A stretch of DNA of 61,617 bases, the filler included. It is 7 parts of 7 records of this genome, joined end to end, with 100 filler letters (N's around TTAATTAATTAA, not from the genome) between each part and the next. Parts side by side here need not be neighbours in the genome. Positions count along the whole stretch, not along the records: positions 6,639 to 21,060 come from SRR31156797_29329; 6 more parts are not named here. One strand, 5' to 3'. A model generated the notes under the pieces. It was not told where the DNA came from. It saw only the letters and a list, made by a program, of their open reading frames with translations, and searched no databases. This document shows, piece after piece, positions 9,485 through 19,318 of this stretch. Both the position numbers and the translations under genes were made by a program. Each line of letters starts with the position of its first letter. Within the stretch, counting starts at the first letter, position 1.

Positions 9485-10726
9485 TTAATATTCTACGGTC
9501 GTTGAAAACTTCTTAGCTACATCCAAATAGCCTTCAGCTTTTTCCTCGTCATACTTCTTATAAGCACGGTAGGCAAGGTAATAACCTTGTGCGATCCTGG
9601 CTGAATCGATCTTGCTTAGATCATAAGAATTACCATGTAGCTCCGGAATAAGAAGTTCTCTTCCTTCGATCAAAAGATCGGGTGTACGAAGTGTTTCAAC
9701 ATTTTTACGATAAATATTCGGCCAAAGGGCAGTACGTTTGTAGTAATGTTTTGATAAACCCCAAAGCGTATTGCCGGGTTTGATAATATGGATCAGAGTT
9801 TGTTCGTCTTCCAGTACTGCCGGCTTTTCATGTTCAGCTTCAGGTTCAGGTTCATCAACATGTTCTTTTTTCTCAAGGATTGGTTCAACATGTTTTTCTT
9901 CGATGGGTTCCTTAACCTGTTCTACAGCACCTTCAGGTAGAGGCGCTTTTACAAATACTTCTTCAGCTGTCACTTCAGATTTGACGACCTCTTCAGTTGT
10001 AACTTCAGTTACAGTCTCTATCTGTAATTTTACATCTGCTTTGATCTCTGTATCAACTACAGTCGTTTCTACGATCGTCGGGTGATCCGGAATACTGTCT
10101 TTCCCCCAGTTCCAGTTTTTCCAAAATGCCAGATCTTCCATGGAATCGAATTTGGTCGGCACAATGTACAAGATCACAAATAGCAGAATGATCAATAGGA
10201 GGGGCAAGAACCAACGCCAGGCAGATTTTTTCTTTTTTTCTTCAATAACAAAGGTCGGCATGATCTTTTTATCATCATCCTCGGGTGGAGGAGTTGTCTT
10301 TTTCGGTGCCGGGGGTGGAGGAGGTGGTGCAGGTTCTCCAAAGGTCATCGGTTCCTTTTCAACAGGCTTCTCAATAATCACGGGTGCCGGTTTGGGAGCT
10401 TCTTTCTTTTTGACCTTTTTCGTCTTTAATTTTTCATACTTAGCATTGACTTTCTCACGAAGGATCTTTTCCGGTTTAAAAACGACTTTTTTATGAGCTT
10501 CGATAAGAGTTGCTTTACCTGTCTTGGGATTAACGGTTTCTCTTTCGGCAACATCCTGGAGTTTAAAAATACCCAGTCCTTTGATGTTGACATTTTCATC
10601 CCGCCTGAGCCCCTCTTGTACGGTCGTAAAAACGTCTTTGATGAATTCCTTCGTAAAGGCTTTCGTTCTGCCTGTGGTTGCGGCAAATTCGTCAACCAAC
10701 TGTTGAAATGTGATTTTTACGGACAT
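9485..10726 (-). CDS. HU/IHF-domain membrane protein with C-terminal LysM domain
   Basis: N-terminal HU fold (VNIKGLGIF...NPKTG...VVFKP), Pro/Lys linker, TM helix WRWFLPLLLIILLFVILYIV, acidic stalk, LysM HIIKPGNTLWGLSKHYY...WPNIY..N...PDLLIEGRELLIP. Confidence 0.88.
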   Translation of the reverse strand: MSVKITFQQLVDEFAATTGRTKAFTKEFIKDVFTTVQEGLRRDENVNIKGLGIFKLQDVAERETVNPKTGKATLIEAHKKVVFKPEKILREKVNAKYEKLKTKKVKKKEAPKPAPVIIEKPVEKEPMTFGEPAPPPPPPAPKKTTPPPEDDDKKIMPTFVIEEKKKKSAWRWFLPLLLIILLFVILYIVPTKFDSMEDLAFWKNWNWGKDSIPDHPTIVETTVVDTEIKADVKLQIETVTEVTTEEVVKSEVTAEEVFVKAPLPEGAVEQVKEPIEEKHVEPILEKKEHVDEPEPEAEHEKPAVLEDEQTLIHIIKPGNTLWGLSKHYYKRTALWPNIYRKNVETLRTPDLLIEGRELLIPELHGNSYDLSKIDSARIAQGYYLAYRAYKKYDEEKAEGYLDVAKKFSTTVEY

Positions 10727-10737
10727 AGATCTGATCC

Positions 10738-11010
10738 TTATCTAAGGTCTTCTTTTAATTGAGATGCGGGGACAAAGGTCAATAAAAGCTTCTTAGGCAG
10801 TAATACGTATTCTTTGGAAGCGGGATTGAACGATTGCCGGGCGTTTTTCTCTTTGATATTAAAGGTACCGAATTGCGGAACCACAACACCGGTCTCGCCT
10901 GTGAAGTGCTTTTCCATGATCGAGGTGAGCGTTTCATAAAGATCTTTACATTCTGCTTTGGAAATCTCGGATTTTTCAGATACGCTCTGGATCAACTCTG
11001 AAGTGTTCAT
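10738..11010 (-). CDS. HU/IHF-family DNA-binding protein
   Basis: 90 aa; MNTSELIQSVSEK, VPQFGTF, SFNPAS, FVPASQLKE. Confidence 0.9.
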   Translation of the reverse strand: MNTSELIQSVSEKSEISKAECKDLYETLTSIMEKHFTGETGVVVPQFGTFNIKEKNARQSFNPASKEYVLLPKKLLLTFVPASQLKEDLR

Positions 11011-11271
11011 AAAGTCTCCTTAATGGATTACTTTCAAAAATATCGGATTAGCTATTAAAATGCAAGAAAAACGATAGAAAATACTTATAAACAAGTATTT
11101 GTATATAGAGCGACTTAAACGATACGAATAGCGAATAAAGAAATTATTAAAATTCAAGAGTTCAATGTACTTGATAATAACGATATGCAATCTCGAAAAT
11201 CTTGTATTTTGTATCTGATATCTCATTTCTTTTTACTTGTTTGTTAAAAATTTTATTTAAAGATTACCTTC

Positions 11272-12300
11272 ATGCAAAGTATGATCAAAAATCTCGATTA
11301 TGAAGAAATGCAGGATTGGGCTGTTACGAACGGTCTTAAGCCATATGTAGGTAGACAAATATTCGAATGGGTCTATCAAAAAGGTGTTCATTCTACATCC
11401 GATATGCACAATGTATCAAAAAAAGTTCGTGACTTGATCGATAAAGAAGGTTCCTTGGTCATTCTTGAACTTGAACGTCATGAGATCTCCGAGGACGATA
11501 GCTCGGAAAAATTTCTCTTTAGATGTTCTGATGGAGAGGGTATAGAAACCGTCCTTCTCCAATCGGGAAGTCATTATACGCTTTGCATCAGTTCAGAGAT
11601 CGGCTGTGCAATGGGATGCAGATTCTGCAGGACCGGCGATATGGGACTGAAAAGAAAGCTAAGTTCCGGCGAGATCGTTGAACAGGTCATCCAATCCGGG
11701 AAGATCTCTGATAAAAAGATTAGCAATATTGTTTTCATGGGTATGGGTGAACCATTTAATAACTATACTGAAGTGATCAAGGCTGCTAGAATTATCAATC
11801 ATGAAAAAGGATTGAATATCGGTGCACGCCATATCACTTTATCAACATCCGGTGTTGTACCGCGTATCCGGGAGTTTGCACATTTGCCCTATCAGTTCAA
11901 GCTTGCAATATCACTGAATGCTGTGAATAATGTGAAACGAAATGAACTGATGCCGGTAAACAGAAGATATCCTCTGGATGATTTGCTTTCGGCAGCAAAA
12001 TATTACACAGTTGTTACAAATAAATTACTCACATTTGAATATGTTTTGTTAAAAGGGGTGAATGACTCAGCCAGAGATGCTCACGGATTGATCGATAAAT
12101 TAAGTACAATTCCATGTAAATTGAATATTATACCCTATAATGAAACTGATGGTAGATATGAACGACCTGATGAAAAAGATATTCATCGTTTTGTATCTTA
12201 TCTTCAGAATGTTCCTTTTACGGTCACCCTACGTTATAGTGGTGGGCGGGGGATCAAAGCCGCTTGCGGACAATTGTATCACGAGGCCAATAAATCATGA
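11272..12300 (+). CDS. rlmN: 23S rRNA m2A2503 / tRNA methyltransferase RlmN
   Basis: CISSEIGCAMGCRFC radical-SAM motif, VFMGMGEP, FEYVL, AACGQL. Confidence 0.96.
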   Translation: MQSMIKNLDYEEMQDWAVTNGLKPYVGRQIFEWVYQKGVHSTSDMHNVSKKVRDLIDKEGSLVILELERHEISEDDSSEKFLFRCSDGEGIETVLLQSGSHYTLCISSEIGCAMGCRFCRTGDMGLKRKLSSGEIVEQVIQSGKISDKKISNIVFMGMGEPFNNYTEVIKAARIINHEKGLNIGARHITLSTSGVVPRIREFAHLPYQFKLAISLNAVNNVKRNELMPVNRRYPLDDLLSAAKYYTVVTNKLLTFEYVLLKGVNDSARDAHGLIDKLSTIPCKLNIIPYNETDGRYERPDEKDIHRFVSYLQNVPFTVTLRYSGGRGIKAACGQLYHEANKS

Positions 12301-12923
12301 TCATTGATCATAAAGAACAAAAAGCCATTACAGCGTCATTATCGGCTCTAAAAGCCGAAAATGTATTTATTTATCCTACGGACACCCTTTATGGATTTGG
12401 CGGCGATGCGCGGTCGGAGCATGTGCTGAACAAGCTTTATGAACTGAAGGCAAGACCCGAGCATATGCCCGTCAGCATGTTGGTTAGAGATATTAATATG
12501 TTAAGTGATTACGCATATATTTCTCCATCGGCCCGGAAGTTGATAGAAGAGTACTTGCCGGGGGCTTTAACACTTGTTTTACCTGCCAAAGATGTAAAAC
12601 TACCTTCAAAATTATTCAGTATGGATGGCTATTTGGGATTTAGAATTCCCGACCATGACTTTTGTCAAAAGATAACTGAAGAATTTAATGCACCAATTAT
12701 TACTAGCTCAGTTAATAAATCAGGATGTCCTGCATTGAATGATATAAAAAGCATTGATGAGCAATTTGGTGATGAGGTGGAATTGATGATATCCGATAAA
12801 ACATTGGATAAAACTCAAAATGCACCCGGTAGCTCGGTGGTAATGATACAAAAAGATGATAGATTCAAGATATTAAGGGAAGGGAAGATCTCAAGATCCT
12901 TAATTACTGGGATCCTTCAATAA
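12297..12923 (+). CDS. tsaC: L-threonylcarbamoyladenylate synthase (TsaC/Sua5 family)
   Basis: YPTDTLYG, LKARP, PGALTLVL, FRIPDH, SSVNKSG, ILREG; ATGA overlap with rlmN. Confidence 0.92.
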   Translation: MIIDHKEQKAITASLSALKAENVFIYPTDTLYGFGGDARSEHVLNKLYELKARPEHMPVSMLVRDINMLSDYAYISPSARKLIEEYLPGALTLVLPAKDVKLPSKLFSMDGYLGFRIPDHDFCQKITEEFNAPIITSSVNKSGCPALNDIKSIDEQFGDEVELMISDKTLDKTQNAPGSSVVMIQKDDRFKILREGKISRSLITGILQ

Positions 12924-13746
12924 AACTTTCCACGATCGTATTAAAGTATTTTTGATTTTCAGGTGATATTTTTCTGAATAATGGCAATAAAGACGTATCC
13001 TGATAAACATTTATAAAGTAATCACTATCCTGAAAATGCTTTTCAATAAAGAAATCCAAATATTTATTCTGTGAATCCAGGTAATAAGAATCATATAAGT
13101 AATTTAAAGCTTCCTCCAGGAAATACCATCCGGCTGTTCCATTACCATCGTCTATTGCCCATAAAGCTTGATTGTAGTTGTATCTTGCTTTACGCAGTCT
13201 GAAATCACCCGTTAATCTATCAAAATCTTCTTTTCTACTGCTCCATCCGCTTGACCATTGCGATGAGCTTCCTTTAGAATAGACCTCGTTTGCCAGATCG
13301 AATAGAGAGTTCCCGCCCATATCTTCAATGCCATCCATTTCTGTTGCCATGATGAGATAACCGTAATAATCGATCATATCCCTGAGCGGATGATACATCA
13401 TTTCGCGATAAAGGGCTTCTCCCTCCGAGAATTCAAAAACCCAGGCATTATCAATGTATCGTTGATCATACTCATTGGAAAAGAAAGCATTAGCGGCAAT
13501 GGTCATTTTAGAACCGCTTTGCGTGATCTGTGTGACTAGAATATTGATCCTGAAAGGAATGTATAATTCATATTGTTCATTGCTGAAACTGTTTGAAGCA
13601 ATATATTGCTCAATGGTATTTCTAAGTTCATCCATGATGCGTTCTTCCTGAGCATTCATGTTTTTGCCTTCTACACTGATATTAGGTATGAATGTTTGGG
13701 CGAAGACCGCTGATGTGATAAGAAAGAGTATGATAATTCGTTTCAT
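12904..13746 (-). CDS. DUF4835-family exported protein (PorD-like)
   Basis: Signal peptide; DNAWVFEF, LRDMIDYYGYLIMA.EMD, GW, RKARYNY pattern. Family assignment from memory of the motif. Confidence 0.6.
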   Translation of the reverse strand: MKRIIILFLITSAVFAQTFIPNISVEGKNMNAQEERIMDELRNTIEQYIASNSFSNEQYELYIPFRINILVTQITQSGSKMTIAANAFFSNEYDQRYIDNAWVFEFSEGEALYREMMYHPLRDMIDYYGYLIMATEMDGIEDMGGNSLFDLANEVYSKGSSSQWSSGWSSRKEDFDRLTGDFRLRKARYNYNQALWAIDDGNGTAGWYFLEEALNYLYDSYYLDSQNKYLDFFIEKHFQDSDYFINVYQDTSLLPLFRKISPENQKYFNTIVESFIEGSQ

Positions 13747-13865
13747 TGAGCTTCCTGTAATTTTAGCGTAATCTATTGATTATTATTAAATAATTCAAGG
13801 CTTTACATTTTAAGTATTTCATAGTACTTTCAGCGCAATATATGAACTAATTGGAGACACTATAA

Positions 13866-16800
13866 ATGAAAAAGTCCTTCGCAATATTTTTACTGGTACT
13901 AATGCTTTCCACGGCTGTTTTATTTTCTGCGCAAAGTATTGTTCCCGTTGATGGCGGTTATTATTATACGGATTCCCTTTATTCAACGATTTATTTTTCG
14001 AATGGGAAGCAAAGTACTGAACTTTTATCCGCACCGGGTGCAGGACGGTTTTTTACGATATCTCCGGATGAAAAAATGATCGGATTCAAATATAGGGAGA
14101 TTCCGGGTGGGACAGAAGCTCCGGCCATATATTATATTGATGAAAATAAAGTTGAATTATTGCATGAACCCGTTTATTTGGCAGGTCAGGTATCCTTTTC
14201 GGATGATGGTAAGATAGCCTATACGATCAATAAAGAACTTTATATTAAGGACGGATCAGAACAACACACATTTGATCTGGATGCTTATGTTAATTTAGCT
14301 CCAATATCTCCCAATGGTAAAAAGGTTGTTTTCAATGATGAACATGATCAATTATGGCTGTTTGACCTAGCTACAGGATCTAAAAAAGAGATCACCAGCA
14401 ATGAATATGGCAATGTTTTTCCCGCTTGGTCATATGACAGTCGCTTTATTTCTTATTCTTCTCTTGACGGTACGGTAAAGATATTTGATGATCAGGAAGA
14501 CCTGACAATGAATATTGGACATGCCGCAAACTTTAAATGGGCTTCAGGATCAGATGAGTATGTTTATACTGAAATCAAATTAAATGATACTCAAAGTGAT
14601 TTTTCCAGTGATATTGTATTGGCTAATACTGATAGGATAGTGATAAAAAGAACTAATACTACAAAAGTAAATGAATCTCTCCCGTTCTTTTTGCAAGATG
14701 GTTCAGTTGCCGCATACGATGATAATTCAAAGATTTCAGTGATCAAAAGCATGTCATTGAAGAAAAATGCCGCAATTGACCTGGATTTTCCAATTACTCC
14801 AAAAACCTTTTCCATTCTGGCTCCATCGACAGATACATACCTTGATGTCCCATATGTTCATCAGGTATATGATACTCCGGGAACCTATGGATATAGTTCA
14901 TGTGCGCCAACAACTGCAGCGATGGTAATGGCTTACTATGGCCTGCTGCCAAAGTGGCCTTATGTCTCCGGTGCGGGAAATACGAATAATTATGGTGCAT
15001 ACGTACATGAACGTTATTATTACAATGATAACTATTTCAACCTGTCCTATTCGGGAAGCAATTATACCTGTTACGGTGGTATGGGATATATGTGGAATGG
15101 TGGTTCACCCAATTCAAAGATGGCAGGTTATTATAGAAAACACGATGTATCTGCAAGTCAAACATGGAACACCGATTGGACAAAAGTTAAAACCGAAATA
15201 GATAAAAAGCAGCCATATTCGATCTGTAATTTCCTATCCAGCGGTGGCCACTTGATCGTTGGACTGGGTAGGGCATCCAATGGACAGAGAACAGTGATCG
15301 CCAATGATCCATACGGAAACAGAAATCTTTCTTCCTGGCCTAACTATAGCGGTGCTGTCGTTCGTTACGATTGGCCCGGTTATAATCATGGTCATGCTAG
15401 CTTGAATTATGCAAATTCAGGATATACGACCATGCCTTGGTGTATTGCTACATCTTATAACGCAACTGCTTCGGTCGATTCAATAGTTGATGATAAACAG
15501 TTCAATCATGGATTTTATTTAAAGGCTCAAGGTACGACAATACCTATGAGATACTACTATAGTACAAAGTCCGGTTATAAAAATCATCATTGGTGGACAT
15601 ATTCTGAGCAGGATCAAACAGATGTATGCTATGCAAAATGGACACCTCAGGTAGAAAGCGGCTACTACGAAATTAAGGCCTATATCCCTGCTAATGCAAC
15701 AGCTTCTTCAGCTGTATATAAGATACATCATATTGGGGGTACAGAGTCGGTTTTGATCGATCAGTCAGTTTATTCGGACACTTTGGTTTCACTGGGCCAA
15801 TATATTATGCTCAATGATGGTTCAAACTTTGTTTATCTGGGCGATTCAACCGGTGTATCGGGGGAAAAGTTAGCTTTTGACGCGATGGTATGGCAAGATG
15901 CAGAATCTGATTTTCTTGACTTTACGACCGATGATTCGTTGACCTATCCCGGCTATGAATTGAATTTTTATGCAACATCTACTTTACCGAAAGGGAATTA
16001 TGATTATTTATGGGATTTCGGTGATGGTACAACAGCTATGGGTGATAGTGTTGTCCATGTTTTTACCAATACTGGAATTTATGATATAAGCTTGACCCTT
16101 GAAGTGGGTGATACTATGATTTCGAAAGTCAAAGAAGATCATATCTATGTTGAACAGAACATTGATGCAGGTATAGAATTAGTATATCCTGACAGCATGG
16201 AGATAGTAAGTGATGCAAGGCCTCAATTATTATGGAAGGAACCTGATTTAGCAAGCGGTGAGATTGTATCTTATTACCTTTCCTATGGATTGACTCCAAC
16301 ATGCAATATTGACACCAATAATATTCTCGGGAATATGTTCAGATTCCCTATAGATCTACCTGAAAATAAAACGATCTACTGGAAGGTCTATGCCAATACT
16401 TCCGGTACACCTCTCGGTGAAACATATTATTCTAAAACGGGGGCTTTTAAGGTCAATGCAGAAAATACATTACCTATGAGTTTTGATCTGCTCACACCGA
16501 ATGATGGATTCATCAGTGATACGCTTCGCCCGGACTTCTCATGGGAAGAAACTATTGATAAAGATCCCGGTGATGCGATCACATATAAATTATATATCGG
16601 CACTCACAAAGATAGCATGGAATGCCTTTACAACGGACTGGAGACTTCATTTCAATTAAGCAGTGACCTAATAGAAAACGGTCATTACTTTTGGTATGCG
16701 GAAGCTGTAGACCGATCTAATGGAAGCACTAGATCTAAAGAGAACATGCGAGAACTTTATGTAAATGCTGAAAATGAAGCACCTTTAGCAGCTGTACAGA

Positions 16801-17357
16801 TAGCTCCCAATCATAACTCATATCAGACCACCCGCTATCCTCATCTGGAATGGACGGCTGCACAAGATCCCGATCCGGGTGATGAAGTTAGATATAAGGT
16901 TTATTATAGAAAATCTACAAGCAGTTCATATAATTACATTAGCACAAGCTCCACTTCTTATGATTCCAGGAGATTCAGTGATATGTCAGAGTATGTGTGG
17001 CATGTTATTGCTATGGACGAACATGATGCAATCTCCAGCAGTGATACCATGGTATTTTATACTAATACTGAACTGGATATTGTAGATATTCCGGTTTCAT
17101 TCGCTTTGAATTCGAATTATCCCAATCCGTTTAATCCGGTCACAAGCATATCTTACGATCTACCAGAGGCTGTTAATGCTAAATTAAGTATTTTTGATAT
17201 GAATGGCCGTTGTGTTGCTACATTGATCAATGATTTTCATAATGCCGGAAAATACAGTGTGCAATTCAACGCATCGGGTGTTCCCAGTGGTATCTACATT
17301 TATAAAATTGAAGCAGGAAATTTTATAGATAGTAAGAAAATGATCTTATTGAAATAG
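13866..17357 (+). CDS. Secreted multidomain protein: TolB-like propeller, C39-like cysteine peptidase, golvesin-like beta domain, PKD, Fn3-like repeats, T9SS/FlgD-type C-terminal sorting domain
   Basis: Signal peptide; SPDE/SDDG/SPNG/WSYD propeller repeats; VPYVHQ..SCAPTTAAMVMAYY..GHLIV..NDPYG; WDFGDG; C-terminal NYPNPFNP...SGIYIY...KKMILLK. Confidence 0.85.
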   Translation: MKKSFAIFLLVLMLSTAVLFSAQSIVPVDGGYYYTDSLYSTIYFSNGKQSTELLSAPGAGRFFTISPDEKMIGFKYREIPGGTEAPAIYYIDENKVELLHEPVYLAGQVSFSDDGKIAYTINKELYIKDGSEQHTFDLDAYVNLAPISPNGKKVVFNDEHDQLWLFDLATGSKKEITSNEYGNVFPAWSYDSRFISYSSLDGTVKIFDDQEDLTMNIGHAANFKWASGSDEYVYTEIKLNDTQSDFSSDIVLANTDRIVIKRTNTTKVNESLPFFLQDGSVAAYDDNSKISVIKSMSLKKNAAIDLDFPITPKTFSILAPSTDTYLDVPYVHQVYDTPGTYGYSSCAPTTAAMVMAYYGLLPKWPYVSGAGNTNNYGAYVHERYYYNDNYFNLSYSGSNYTCYGGMGYMWNGGSPNSKMAGYYRKHDVSASQTWNTDWTKVKTEIDKKQPYSICNFLSSGGHLIVGLGRASNGQRTVIANDPYGNRNLSSWPNYSGAVVRYDWPGYNHGHASLNYANSGYTTMPWCIATSYNATASVDSIVDDKQFNHGFYLKAQGTTIPMRYYYSTKSGYKNHHWWTYSEQDQTDVCYAKWTPQVESGYYEIKAYIPANATASSAVYKIHHIGGTESVLIDQSVYSDTLVSLGQYIMLNDGSNFVYLGDSTGVSGEKLAFDAMVWQDAESDFLDFTTDDSLTYPGYELNFYATSTLPKGNYDYLWDFGDGTTAMGDSVVHVFTNTGIYDISLTLEVGDTMISKVKEDHIYVEQNIDAGIELVYPDSMEIVSDARPQLLWKEPDLASGEIVSYYLSYGLTPTCNIDTNNILGNMFRFPIDLPENKTIYWKVYANTSGTPLGETYYSKTGAFKVNAENTLPMSFDLLTPNDGFISDTLRPDFSWEETIDKDPGDAITYKLYIGTHKDSMECLYNGLETSFQLSSDLIENGHYFWYAEAVDRSNGSTRSKENMRELYVNAENEAPLAAVQIAPNHNSYQTTRYPHLEWTAAQDPDPGDEVRYKVYYRKSTSSSYNYISTSSTSYDSRRFSDMSEYVWHVIAMDEHDAISSSDTMVFYTNTELDIVDIPVSFALNSNYPNPFNPVTSISYDLPEAVNAKLSIFDMNGRCVATLINDFHNAGKYSVQFNASGVPSGIYIYKIEAGNFIDSKKMILLK

Positions 17358-17364
17358 ACGGCTG

Positions 17365-17850
17365 CTATTTGGAAAAAGTAAAAGTAATGCCGGCATAGGG
17401 TTCCAGACTGCTTGCCCAGTTATTGCTTTCACATCCGACCATCAGGACCATTCCACCCTGTGCACCAATACCAATTTGATCAGTTAAATTGTAGCTTACT
17501 TGCATGGTTATGCCCGGACTGATAACGAAGTACTTTTCTCCTGTAGTCCAATTATCATCAAAGACACCCTGAATGATACCACCATTTACGGCAACCCGTA
17601 TTTTATCATAAGACATAGAACGATAAGAAGCATATAAACTGTAGCTTTTTTGTGTCGGGAATAATGCATTAACTCCAAAACTACTAACAAGATCAAGCTT
17701 GTCGCTTAATTCGTATTTTATACCCATTTTATATCCAAGATACATATCGAGTTCAGCATAGATATTCCAGGGTGAATCTTCATTGTCTTCTGCTATTAGG
17801 GGAAGTGTCAGAATAATTAAACTGATTAATAGTGCTAAAAGTCGTTTCAT
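17365..17850 (-). CDS. Exported hypothetical protein, possible small beta-barrel outer-membrane protein
   Basis: Signal peptide MKRLLALLISL; alternating Gly/aromatic strands; ends GITFTFSK. Confidence 0.55.
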   Translation of the reverse strand: MKRLLALLISLIILTLPLIAEDNEDSPWNIYAELDMYLGYKMGIKYELSDKLDLVSSFGVNALFPTQKSYSLYASYRSMSYDKIRVAVNGGIIQGVFDDNWTTGEKYFVISPGITMQVSYNLTDQIGIGAQGGMVLMVGCESNNWASSLEPYAGITFTFSK

Positions 17851-17860
17851 TATATACCTC

Positions 17861-18268
17861 TTATTTGTCTTCAATTACTTTTACATATACTTTTCTTGAT
17901 CGTGGCCCGTCGAATTCGCAAAAATATACGGCTTGCCATATTCCCAGAAGGATCTTTCCATTTTCATAAATTAAGGATAGGGAGGGAGAAAAAAGGGATG
18001 ATTTCATATGACTGTCGCTATTTCCTTCCATATGTCGATAGGGTGCTTCATCCTTTGGGATCATATCGTTAAGCTTGTATTTCAGGTCGTGTTGTACATC
18101 AGGATCCGCGTTCTCATTGATGGTGATAGCAGCAGTCGTATGAGTTGTAAAAACGGTCATGATGCCGCTTTTACAACCATTATTCGTTAAATGTTTCTGC
18201 AATTCGTGAGTAATGTCAACGAATTCGTTTCGTGAGGTTGTTTTGATGTTGAGTGTGTTTGTTTTCAT
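17861..18268 (-). CDS. yjbQ: YjbQ/UPF0047-family protein
   Basis: HTTAAITINENADPDV, HMEGNSDSHMK, LGIWQAVYFCEFDGPR. Confidence 0.93.
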   Translation of the reverse strand: MKTNTLNIKTTSRNEFVDITHELQKHLTNNGCKSGIMTVFTTHTTAAITINENADPDVQHDLKYKLNDMIPKDEAPYRHMEGNSDSHMKSSLFSPSLSLIYENGKILLGIWQAVYFCEFDGPRSRKVYVKVIEDK

Positions 18269-18370
18269 AATCATTCCATTCGTTGCCTGTAAAATAAAGA
18301 AACATAAATTAATATAAAAGTTAAATGATTTATTAGGATTATCACAAAGCCGACTTGAATAAAATAATTT

Positions 18371-18408
18371 TCATTGAGTCAATGATTGACTCAATCATTG
18401 ACTCAAAT
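18371..18408. promoter_or_regulatory. Triple tandem palindromic 12-mer ATTGA(G/C)TCAAT, candidate operator
   Basis: ATTGAGTCAATG-ATTGACTCAATC-ATTGACTCAAAT; 18374-18406 is a perfect 33-bp inverted repeat around C18390. Confidence 0.55.
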
Positions 18409-18420
18409 CAAAGACAAATA

Positions 18421-18450
18421 AAAAAAGCCCTCCGTTTGGAGGGCTTTTTT
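18421..18450. terminator. Intrinsic terminator of the membrane-protein operon
   Basis: AAAAAAGCCCTCC-GTTT-GGAGGGCTTTTTT, 15 nt past the stop at 18466. Confidence 0.85.
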
Positions 18451-18465
18451 CTATGTCAAGATCGT

Positions 18466-19308
18466 CTAGACTTCTTCAATCTCAGACTTTTCCTTACGAG
18501 TTGTAAGGATCAGCACAACGATCATGATAACAAGAATGATTGGCGTTGCAAACCCGTATTGTTTACCGGAGTAAAGAATAAGGTCATTAAAACGACCGAT
18601 CAATAATGAAATACGTCCCATTACGGCAAAACCGAATGATGCACCGAAGTAGATCATCAAAAAGTAAATGCCGATACGGGAAACGACTTTCAATGCACCT
18701 TTATGTTCTACAGAGAAGAAAAAGTAGAACAAACCGGTAAGTACACCAACAATGATGATGATATTATTGATACTTGAACCCAAATTACCTGTCCATAAAG
18801 GAAGCATGGTAGCGTGGATCTGGCCGATAACGTCTGAACTCATATAACCGTAAAGACGAAGACCGGCAGCCATACCGATAACATATGAAAGTGACCAACG
18901 GCTAAGCCATCCGATCTTAGGGATAAGACGGAATAGCATGAACACACCAAGAATGAACGCGAACAAATAGCTCAAGTTCTGTGGCTGGTCGCCAATACCG
19001 CGGTATAGAACGCCATTGATTGTTTGCTCAGGGAATACCTTGCCGAATATGACATGCAATCCGTGATAGATGCCATACCAGAATTTCTGGAAACCACCAA
19101 GTGAGGCGATCTCAACCTGAGGCCATAAACGACCGAAGAGGTTGGGCTGTACTTGGTTCCAGAAGGCAATAGTTGCCCAGTGAGCGGCAGAAACACCAAC
19201 AAAGATATGTTCAGCCAGTTTGTAGAACACATTGTCTTTGTAGAGATAACTCAAGATGGATAATGTCAAAAAGACGGCGATCCATGCACCTAATACACCT
19301 ATATACAT
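18466..19308 (-). CDS. Conserved hypothetical polytopic membrane protein
   Basis: About 7-8 hydrophobic helices; SYLYKDN..YKLAEHIFVG, FLMIYFGASFG..VMGRISLLIGR; GGAGG RBS. Confidence 0.8.
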   Translation of the reverse strand: MYIGVLGAWIAVFLTLSILSYLYKDNVFYKLAEHIFVGVSAAHWATIAFWNQVQPNLFGRLWPQVEIASLGGFQKFWYGIYHGLHVIFGKVFPEQTINGVLYRGIGDQPQNLSYLFAFILGVFMLFRLIPKIGWLSRWSLSYVIGMAAGLRLYGYMSSDVIGQIHATMLPLWTGNLGSSINNIIIIVGVLTGLFYFFFSVEHKGALKVVSRIGIYFLMIYFGASFGFAVMGRISLLIGRFNDLILYSGKQYGFATPIILVIMIVVLILTTRKEKSEIEEV

Positions 19309-19318
19309 GAACTACCTC

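Noticed and set aside
18355-18606. 83-aa plus-strand ORF with a SMIDSIIDS repeat
   Set aside because: It crosses the palindrome array, the terminator and the antisense of a membrane gene; the peptide repeat just reflects the DNA repeat.
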